Shown here: piece by piece, positions 35,901-45,400 of the stretch
Numbering within the stretch: position 1 is the stretch's first letter
How the letters are laid out: every line of letters begins with the position of its first letter
NCBI RefSeq assembly: GCF_009914755.1
Contig: NC_060925.1
Source: the human T2T-CHM13v2.0 reference genome, Homo sapiens
DNA: 64,000 nucleotides
Direction: 5' to 3' (one strand)
Translations under genes and position numbers: made by a program
Notes under the pieces: model-generated
Seen by the model: only the letters and a program-made list of their open reading frames with translations
The model's database searches: none
Told to the model about the DNA's origin: nothing

Positions 35901-36865
35901 TGAGGCTACTGGTCACCCTGGCTTCAGAAAGCGAAGAATTCAGGAACCTCTGATCACCCCACCCTGACTCCTGATCATTCAGTTGGGGCGTCCCCTCAAA
36001 CCCACCAGCAAGGAGCTCAGAGTTGGTGAGTTCAGAGCTGTATCAAGTCTTGACGGGCTCCCTCCCTCCCATTTCCCACCTCTTTGGGCCCCCAGATCCT
36101 CACACCAGCACCAACTCCCTGTAAACCCAACTACCTGCTGGAAAGGAGTTATAGGCCCGGCCTGGGGGCCTGAGGAGGACGGCGGCGGCTGGAGACGTCT
36201 GCACGGGGCGGAACTGGAAGGGGAGGAAGAAACCTGTGCCTAGCACTTGGCAGACCCACTTTGCCAAGCCTCGGAACCAGATACGGTTACTGGGGGCTTC
36301 TCAGAGCGGCAGGAAGGTAGAGTAAGAACCGGACACCGGGGCTCTGACATTACACAGAAAAGGTCAGAATTCCTCCCTTCAAGTCACCCTAGGCCGGTTC
36401 CCGGGGAGCCTCACTGGAGGAATTTCAGAGGGTGTAAGACGAGGGAGAAGATGAGAAATAGGGCGGACTCTGGCCCTCGGAGGCCAGAGAAAAGGCGAGA
36501 CTCCAGAGAGGCGCCGGACCCGAGGCAGACATTCCCATACAGCCGGGACTCCGAGAGCAGCCGTGGGCGACCTGGGGGCCGGGGACTCGGCGGATCCGGC
36601 CCATTCATCAAAGGAAGGCACTGGGACAAAGTTGGCCCCCTCCCCTTCTCCCCCAGCCCCCAACTCGCCGGGATCGGCTCCCTCTCTTTTCACGGCGGTT
36701 CAAATTCTCCCCCAAAACGAGGTCGAGCCGGGGATTAGAAAAGAGGGAAAAAAATATTCGTTGGCGATTTCTTTTCGTTATTGGTCCTCCGCTCCCTTGC
36801 GCCCTGGCCCCCTTCCCTCCTCATGAATAAAAGAAAAGTCCGAACCTATCAGATCGCGCTCACTG

Positions 36866-36895
36866 CCTCCTCCTCCTCCTCCTCCTCCTCCTCCT
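36866..36895 (+). repeat. (CCT)10 microsatellite in the PAX7 promoter
   Basis: Perfect CCT repeat read directly from the sequence. Confidence 0.97.
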
Positions 36896-37665
36896 CGTAC
36901 TTCGGTGAACACTTTTGCACAACTTACCCAGCTGATCACTCGCGCCCCCTCGCTTTTCCATTTCTCTTTCCCCAACCCCGTCACCCCCTGTCTCCTCCGT
37001 CCAGCCCTGAAACCCGAGGAGGCTCCTTCTTCCGTCTGTCCCCGGGTCTCCTAGGGGACGGGGCTGTGAAAGCTGGTGTGGAGGGAGAAGCGAGTGTGGT
37101 CCGGAGAAAGAAGGCGTGGAGAAGAGGGAGGGAGCGAGAGCGAGAGAATAAATATATAAATAAATACGAGAACGAAATCCACTCCGCAGTCTCCGGGCTC
37201 GGAAACTTTGGCCCCGAGCGCCAGAGCGCCAGAGCGCGAGAGCGCGGCGCTCGCCACTCTGAGGCTGGCGGCCTCGATTCCGGCCGCGTTCCCCCGGCCC
37301 CCCTCCGCCGCGGGGCCTGGTCTCCGGGTTCTGCCAGGCGCATCAGCCCGCACAACTTCTGGCCGAGGCCAGCCGGCAGAGGCGGACTTGGGGTTGGAGT
37401 GTTTGTTTGTTTGAACTTCCTCGTCGTCGCCACCTTCCCTCCCCCCAACCTCCACCCCACCTCACCCCCCTCCCCAGCTTCTGGACGCGTTTGACTGCAG
37501 CCAGGGGTGGGGGGTGGGGGTAGGGAGTGTGTGTGGAGGGGAGGGAGAAGAGGTTAAAAAAAAGAAGACGAAGAAGACGGAAAGAAAGAGATCGCAGCAG
37601 GGGTGAAGGGAGCGGACGGGAAGCGATTTTTGCCGACTTTGGATTCGTCCCCGGCGTGCGCAAGA

Positions 37666-37750
37666 ATGGCGGCCCTTCCCGGCACGGTACCGAGAATGAT
37701 GCGGCCGGCTCCGGGGCAGAACTACCCCCGCACGGGATTCCCTTTGGAAG
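37666..37750 (+). CDS. PAX7: PAX7 coding exon 1 (85 nt coding), [28 protein letters not shown]
   Basis: ATG at 37666 in strong Kozak context (AAGAATGG); N-terminal peptide recognised as PAX7; donor AG|GTAAG at 37750/37751, phase 1. Confidence 0.98.
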
Positions 37751-40364
37751 GTAAGAACGCCCAGGCTGGCCTCGCCGCGACTCCGCCGCCCGGAACTCGG
37801 GGTCCTTGGAGAGGCTGCGGTCTCCAGGGGACGGTGGCGGCGCCGGCGATAGCAGAGGGATCCCGTTCTCTTCTGGGTCCCAGTCCGGGCGCGGAACCCA
37901 GGGAGTTTCTGGGACCCATACTTGTCCGCTTCTGCGTGGGTTTCACTGCCCGGCGGCCTTCGTTTCGCAGGTCGCTAGCTGCCGGTCTTTACCCGCAGGG
38001 CTGAAATTCTGGTAGATTTGGACTCCTAGTAAATATCAGGTCCTGGTGAATTTCAGCTCTTTCCACTATTTCCAGACACTTCTTCCCTGACAGTTTCTCG
38101 GCTCTCCTGGCTCGCTGGCTGCCAGCTTTCTACTCTTGTTTTGAATTATTTTTTCCACCCCCGGGATTGGTCTTCCAGTCCTTTATTTCGAACCACCTAC
38201 CATGGGTGATACTTTATATGCCTCAACTACCACGGCTATCCATTTCTTCCGAAGCCACAGTCAAACACTCCTGCTTTTCCGCCTGGAAACAAACTAATTG
38301 GAAATAATAATTAGTAATGATTTTCCCCCTAAAACTTTTTACTCGGGCTTCCGCACTCTGGAAATCTCCCGGGAGAGAACCTCTAAACGGCGAGGTTTAG
38401 AGAACCTCTAAACGGCGAGAGGGGCACGGCAATGTCCAAACGAGAAGAAAGAGCTGATTTTGTAAAGCGTCCTTCCTAAACATCCAGCGCCCGCCCGGGG
38501 AGACCCGATAGGACGGGCGGCGGCGAACCGGGTCCTGGCTGGAGAAAAGGCTGGGAGCGCACAGCGGAGAGACCCGCTCCTGTGTTTTTGTTCTGTTTTC
38601 TTTTTAAACTAATGGAAGGCCTCAACCTGTCACTGAGGGATCATTTGGCTTCTGAGGGTAGGTAGCCTAGGGTGTCACAGAGAAGTCATTAGAAATATGT
38701 GCGACTTTTTTTTTTTAAATTACTCTTCCTGTGATCGTTTGAGTCCCTGGCGCGTGAGGAAGGGGAGAGGAGGCAGGGAGGGGGTGGGTGGGCTGGCAGC
38801 CTGCGATCCGGGAGGAGCTCCCTTGGGCAGCGAGACGGCGCCGGGTCCCTGAATTAGACAGAGGCGAAGAGAGCGGCTCCGTGATCAAGTGCGCGCCGGC
38901 AGCCACGCAGGCGGGAGAGCGCGCAAACCCGGGGATTTGCAGTGGCACTCTCCTGTAGCGAATGCAAGTAAAACAGGCGGCTGAGGACGCGCGGCGGATT
39001 AGAACAATATTTGCCCAACATGACGCAGAATACTGAGGAGAGCCGAGTGCCGGTCGCTAAAGAGGCTCTTGAATATAAAGTTGGGCGCTCGAGAGCTCTT
39101 GAGCGCTAATGGCATATCCCGCCACGGAGACCGAGTGACTCCGACTTTGCGACGCACGATTTCTGATTAAATCCGAGAGTGGCTTCAGACACCGACTTTT
39201 ACAAAGAGAGGTGGGGGGACCGGGAGAGCGAGGGAGGGGGCGGTAGGAACGGCCCAGCAGCGGAGCCTCTTCTCGCCTCCTCCCTTTCAATTACAGTCAG
39301 CTCCCTCCACTCCCGCGGCTGTGAAATCGTTCTAATCTTCCAGATCTCCGCAGCCGCTGAGTCCCCAAATTGGGGGGATCGAGGCCGGATTAGTGCGCTG
39401 GGTGTCCCCCCAATCTTCTGTGAGGAAATTGTGTAGACTTTGCATTAAGGCAACCAGGCGTTCTCCCCTCCCCAGCACACACCAGTGATGCCTGTCTTCC
39501 CGGTTCCCAAAGTCACCCCCACCCGGGGGGACTGTGTCCCATCTGCCTACCAGCCTCGCAGAGCCTGCAGGCACAGTTCATGGATTTGTGAGGCCAAGTC
39601 GACTATTTAATTTAGGAGCTTTGGGGCAGTAGTGTCCTAAAATTGTCCCAAAACGAAATTAGGACTTCGAGGGTGGTTAGAAGCAAGGAGAGTCACCCAA
39701 GGGACAACCAGGTGCCCTTGGAGGCAGCAGCCAACAGCATATGTCACCCGTCCCTCGGCTGTGCCTCAGCTGTTCCCTGGGACAGTTCCACGGCTCTAGC
39801 CAGAGCTGTAAATGTAGTAATCAGCCAGGCCTTTCTAGCCCCCAACAAACTGGATCATTCATGACTACCAGGAGCGTAGAACTGAGCAGATGAGCCACAT
39901 CACACCCGTTATTGGCCTCTCCAAGACGCAGGCAGGCCTGCAGCCCAAGCTTCGGCCTGAGGGACAGATAGTCATTGGTCCCAAGATCTCTAAGGCTCTA
40001 CCAGCCTGGTGGCTCTGTCTGCAGTCTCATCTTCATCTCTCTCCCTCCCCTTCTTAGCAGCATTCGAATCCCCCAGGTGTGTCCTCATCCCTCGTAGTGT
40101 GGCAGGAGTTGGGGGACACAGCATCTGGGGAGACTCTTGCAGCTGTGACTCCTCTATCCATCTCTGCAGGAGATTTCCTAGATTTATGACAGTTGTTTCT
40201 CAAACTACCTACCTACCGAAGCCCCAGTGTGAGGACCACCGGGATTGCTGTCTGAGGTCTTGGGGCTCAAACAAACAAAACTGGAGTCAGGGAGTGTACT
40301 CAGTGTCTGCTCTCCATCCTCACCCTGCACCTCTCTCCTTCTGCATCTCCCCTCCCTTCTCCAG

Positions 40365-40600
40365 TGTCCACCCCGCTTGGCCAAGGCCGGGTCAATCAGC
40401 TGGGAGGGGTCTTCATCAATGGGCGACCCCTGCCTAACCACATCCGCCACAAGATAGTGGAGATGGCCCACCATGGCATCCGGCCCTGTGTCATCTCCCG
40501 ACAGCTGCGTGTCTCCCACGGCTGCGTCTCCAAGATTCTTTGCCGCTACCAGGAGACCGGGTCCATCCGGCCTGGGGCCATCGGCGGCAGCAAGCCCAGA
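40365..40600 (+). CDS. PAX7: PAX7 exon 2 (236 nt), N-terminal part of the paired domain
   Basis: Polypyrimidine tract then CAG acceptor; encodes [79 protein letters not shown]; donor GTGAGT at 40601; frame continuous with exon 1. Confidence 0.99.
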
Positions 40601-41172
40601 GTGAGTGTCTTTGCCACAGAGGCTGGCAGCTGGCTTCCTATAGTCGGGGGCTCCTGGTTGTGGCCCCTCTTACTACCTCGTGGCACCAGGCTGTAGGAAA
40701 GTACAGCTGGAGGGTGTCTTCTACTCCCAGATGTCCTCCCATTGTTTTCCTATTATTTGAATTTCTCAGAGATGGAGCTAAGTGAGGTCTAGGTTGTGCA
40801 AGACCTTGAGGCCAATGAGCCATTCCTGGACTGTCCCCACATTTGCCTCAACCCCTGTCACCTTCCAAGACCAGAAGACATCTTCTCTCAGTCTTTCCTG
40901 AGATAATGACGGGGACCCTGGGGGTCCTAATTAGAGTTTTTTATTGCCTATCCATGTCCCACCCCACCCCACCTGGCCAGACCCCCAGCTGCCTTCCTGG
41001 GAGCCAGGAACCGGTTTCTTGAAAGGATAAAGCCAATCTCTTGGGGGATGGGGGGACACAAGGTAACCAGAACCACCAGCCTGGTCTGGGGCTCTTAAGA
41101 GGTGATATTAAAAGTATTTTCCTCCCCCCATCCCATCTTTCCACTCCTACTCTCCCACCTCCACCTCTGAAG

Positions 41173-41302
41173 CAGGTGGCGACTCCGGATGTAGAGAAAA
41201 AGATTGAGGAGTACAAGAGGGAAAACCCAGGCATGTTCAGCTGGGAGATCCGGGACAGGCTGCTGAAGGATGGGCACTGTGACCGAAGCACTGTGCCCTC
41301 AG
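41173..41302 (+). CDS. PAX7: PAX7 exon 3 (130 nt; alternative start 41176), C-terminal paired subdomain
   Basis: AAG|CAG| tandem acceptor; encodes (Q)[42 protein letters not shown]; donor AG|GTGAG at 41303. Confidence 0.98.
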
Positions 41303-41504
41303 GTGAGAAGGCAGCTGAGCCGGCAGAGCTGGCCCAGAGTGTGGCCAGGGGTCCAGTGTGGAGGGCTGGAGGTGGGAGAGAGGGGAGAGGAGATGATGGC
41401 TGACTGTGAACTTACTGAGAAGTTGGGAGGAAAGGAGTACAGAAAGGCAGAGTTAAGGCATAGGAGTAAATCAAAACAGAATGGAATAAGATGGAAAGAA
41501 GGAA

Positions 41505-41640
41505 TAGGGAAAGAAAAAAAGTTAAGAAAGGAGAGAGAAATAAGAAAGGGAGGAAGAAGGAAGGAAGGAAGGTAGGAAGGAAGGAAGGAAAGAAGGAAGG
41601 AAGGAAGGAAAGCAGGCAGGCAGGTGGGCAGGCAGGAATG
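41505..41640 (+). repeat. Degenerate (GGAA)n/(GGCA)n tract in PAX7 intron 3
   Basis: Short interrupted GGAA runs. Confidence 0.9.
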
Positions 41641-41866
41641 GGCAAAAAGTTAACCTAGAAAGCTGGATGATAAGAGAGCCCCCCTGGAGGCTTTTTCGGA
41701 GAAAATGGCTTCAATAGATGGATCTGTCCTAGGAGGGTGGATGCCCATGGGCTTCCCTAGACCACCGTCTCAGAGTTTTGATTTCTGCTGTCGCCAACAC
41801 CAGCCATTTGAGTCCTAAATTTGGAGGTCCCAAACCATACTGCCTGTGAGAGAGAAAGTGATCTGT

Positions 41867-41901
41867 TGTGTGTGTGTGTGTGTATGTGTGTGTGTGTGTG
41901 T
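41867..41901. repeat. Interrupted (TG)n microsatellite
   Basis: Read directly from the sequence. Confidence 0.93.
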
Positions 41902-42300
41902 ACATGTGCATTCAGGCACGCAGGGCCAGAATGCACACCTGAGTGTGGGAGTGGCAGCAGGAGCTGGAGAGACTCCAGAGAGGCCCTGGGACCTCTCGGG
42001 GGTGTGGGTGGAAGTGCACCTAGGCAGGTGTTAGTGTAAGGCACGAATGCATGCAAGCATCTGCATAGAAATGCACAGTCTAACCACCCTGTGAGTGCCC
42101 GGGGTGTGAGTCAGGCTTCTCCAAGTGGATGCTGGTTATGGAGTACGTGTCAATGCCTAAATGCCTGTGTGTGGAAGAGGGATGAATGGATATCTGTAAG
42201 GAAGCAGGGGGCTTCCTGACTTTCTCCCAGGGGCCCAGGCCACCGCTCGCTCCTCTGCTCCAACAACTTATACTTGCTCTTTTGCCTTTGAATTTCTGAG

Positions 42301-42435
42301 GTTTAGTGAGTTCGATTAGCCGCGTGCTCAGAATCAAGTTCGGGAAGAAAGAGGAGGAGGATGAAGCGGACAAGAAGGAGGACGACGGCGAAAAGAAGGC
42401 CAAACACAGCATCGACGGCATCCTGGGCGACAAAG
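42301..42435 (+). CDS. PAX7: PAX7 exon 4 (135 nt; alternative start 42307), end of paired domain, acidic linker and octapeptide
   Basis: ctgag|GTTTAG|TG acceptors; encodes (GL)[43 protein letters not shown]; donor AG|GTAGG at 42436. Confidence 0.98.
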
Positions 42436-45400
42436 GTAGGGAACTTCCCTGGGCTGCGAGGCCCCAGCCCGGGTTTTCCCACGCTCCGGTGTGCGGGCCA
42501 GTGGTTCGCTCCCGCCGCCGGAGCAGGCGACCAGAACTCCAGCGGAGAAACTCTCATGCTGCGGGGCAGCTGGGAGCCGCTCAGGCTTTGCCGACAGCGC
42601 CCCCTCGGTGCGCACCCCGGATGCCGGCTAGATGCGAAGCCCGCGCCTTCTTTGCGCTATGGAGGCCGGGCACGGACGGCCTGTGAGTCCCGGGAGAGCC
42701 CGGCTGCGGGGCTGCGCGCCTGGTCTACCCCAATACTGCGGGGAGTGCGTCCTCCCGGGCTGGCGTTTTGGCTGCTACTCTCGGCGTCGATCAATTATTT
42801 ATAGGAAACTTGGGCAAGGGGGCGGGGGACGGGAGGGAGGGAGAGAGGAAGGAGGAGCCGGCCCGCGGCTCCCTAAATGAATTTGTTAACCAGACCCCCA
42901 CACGCTCTCTAAACGGTCCCTTGAAACCCCGCCTGACAGTTGACTGACCGCTGCAATCAATAAAAATTAGCCAGGGCCGCCGCCTGACTCAGCCCCGCGT
43001 TGCCAGGGCGGACTGGGGGACAGAGAGTGCCTTCCTCTGTGGCGTGCGCCGGCAGGGCTGGGAGTGGAGGCCAAGTTCCCAGATGCCCAGGGTCGGAGGA
43101 TCGCAGTGGGGGAGAGACCCAGGCTCCACACACCCTCTCCCCATTCTTAGCACGGCTTCCGCGGGCAGGCTGGAGTCTGAGTCCTGCGCCATGCTTTTTC
43201 TCAGGATCAGCTAAGGAGGGCGTTTAGTTTTCAAGCGCCCGGAAGCCCGGGAAAGGGGATTGTGCTTTTGTTTCTTGACGGGAGGAAGTTTCGAGAGAAG
43301 GAAGGGAAAGTTTTTCCTCATTACCCCCTCCCCTTCCTCATTGCCCTCATAATTCCCCTCCTAAGTCTCTTTGAGACTTGGTAAGTGCACGTTAAGGGGC
43401 GACAGGGAGAGAAACAGAAATGGAAGACCCAGAGTCACAAAGACTGACAGTTAAAGAAAAGGCCCCAAACACATACGCGGAGAGGCGGCAGGCTGAGGGA
43501 ATCGGAAAGACAGTGGCCATGGGAACCCGCAGACTGATGGCTTTGGAAAAAGTGGCGAGTGCCCTGGAACCTGAAAGCTTGCAAAAAGCCAGTGTTGTTT
43601 CAGTCTCCCTTCAGAGGTTTCTCCCAGCACCCCTCTCCTCACGACCCAAGCACTCCTAGCCCAGGTCTCTCTCCAGTTCTCAGAAGACCCTCCCAACCTT
43701 GAAGATGAACTTCACAGACAAAGCCGGCTTACTAAGACAACTCCCATCTACGCCCAGCCCCCACAGGCGTGGTCCGAGGAGGAAGGATGGGTGGCCGGGC
43801 AGCCCCGTGTGACAGCGGCCTGGAGCGAAGGGAAGGGGCGGCCATTGACAGACAGGGCCCCTAGTGATGCCGCAGTCCCGCCCGGGACAAAAGGGCGAGG
43901 GAAGAAAGGGAGCCAGCTGTGCCGGGCGCCCCGCTGTGCCCGGCCTGCCGAGGGGCCACGGGTCTGCGGCGGGAGGCAGCCCTGCACTGCCAAGCGGTCC
44001 TTGGCTAGGCCAGTCGGCCCAGAGCCCTGGGACACCTGCCGGGGGACCCAGTCCTTATTTCAGTTCCCATTGGAAGGAGACTAGATGGACTTTTTGTGGG
44101 TTGTGGAGGGGAGGCATAGAACTCGAATAATCTTTCCTGGACAAATAATCTTTCCTGCACAACAAACAACTCTTCTGAGGTTATCCCAGGGAGAAGCAGA
44201 GGAGGTTTGGTTTTCCTTGGAGAGACTTTAATTGTGTTTGCACGCAGGGAGTATATCCAGTTCAATCTGTGAGGAAGCACAAATAGGTAAATTTCCTCTG
44301 AGAAAAAAGGGAAGGGAAGGAAAGGAAGAGGATGGAAAGATCGTGCGGTTTGGAGGATTCCTCTGATTCCAGGGAATGCGGGGCGTTCCATGCTGGCCTG
44401 TGCTCACCACACCAGCTAACAAGCCACTTTGCTGGATAGAGGTTTTCCCTGCAGCAGAACCAGGAAGAACCACGTCTCCAAGGGTTTAAAGTGGAGCCTG
44501 TGCCAGATGGGGGAGGCTGAGGACACAGGTGCTAAGTCTAGAGGAGCTGAAGAAATGAAATGATCTTATGCAGTGAGCCTGGTCTCCAGAAAGTCCCGCA
44601 GTTTTTGCGTGACAGTGGGTGTGCTGGGTGCGCTGATTGTGCTTTGAATGGCTGTGTAAGCGCAAGCATCTCTTAGTGTGACTGTTTACCCACGGGCCTT
44701 CTGATCTGAATGCTGTAGGCCATATATCTGTGCAAATGGGATTCAGCATAGATGTGCAGGGAGTGTGTAGATGGGTGTGAATGGGCAATATGATGGTGCA
44801 GATGAGAGAGGGCCATCTATCCATCTGTGAGCAAATTGTATCCGTTTCCTATTTGAGTTCCTGGGCTGGTCGGCAGGCACCCCTGTGAACCCCTCATCTC
44901 TCTTCCAGGCCCCAGACATCAGTTTCATGTCCAAGTTAAAGGTGAAAAGACCTTCCAATCTCCATCCGAGTAATCCAGGTAGGGAGAGGCAGAGATGCCC
45001 CATGGCCAGAGCAGGGGGAGTTGTGCACACCCACAACTTTGTTTTGGCTTCTTGCTCTTGAAAAATGCTTTCTCTGGGGGAGTTGCCCCTCTCATGGCAG
45101 GGAGCCACCAAAGAAGGGGTTTAAGAGCTCTCCTCTTTAAGCACTAAAGAGAGATCCCTCCCTGAGTCCGTTTTTTCCTATCGTCCGCTTGGCATTTAAT
45201 AATGTTAAGACTTATTAGAGCTGGTAATGAAAACTGGGACTGCTGAATAGGAAACTGTGTTGGAGAGGGGTGTAATAGCTTCCAGGCATGGTAAGAAACT
45301 ATTTATCCGCAATCAGTTCTCACTCTCAGAGTTTGAAGCACAAACGTTAAGTTGAAGGGTTTTAAAGCAGATTAAATTGAGCTTTTATTTCTGTGCACTT

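Larger units (their letters stand above)
36150..38000 (+). promoter_or_regulatory. PAX7: PAX7 promoter CpG island and 5' UTR (the TSS cannot be fixed from sequence; probably ~36900-37200)
   Basis: High GC and CpG density surrounding exon 1; no + strand ATG between 36826 and 37665; TATA-like TATATAAATA at ~37153. Confidence 0.85.

Noticed and set aside
36781-37494. 237-aa ORF over the PAX7 promoter/5' UTR
   Set aside because: Non-ATG start, likely begins upstream of the TSS; GC-rich chance ORF
40601-40696. Read-through of exon 2 into intron 2
   Set aside because: Strong GTGAGT donor, short extension and no nearby polyadenylation signal seen
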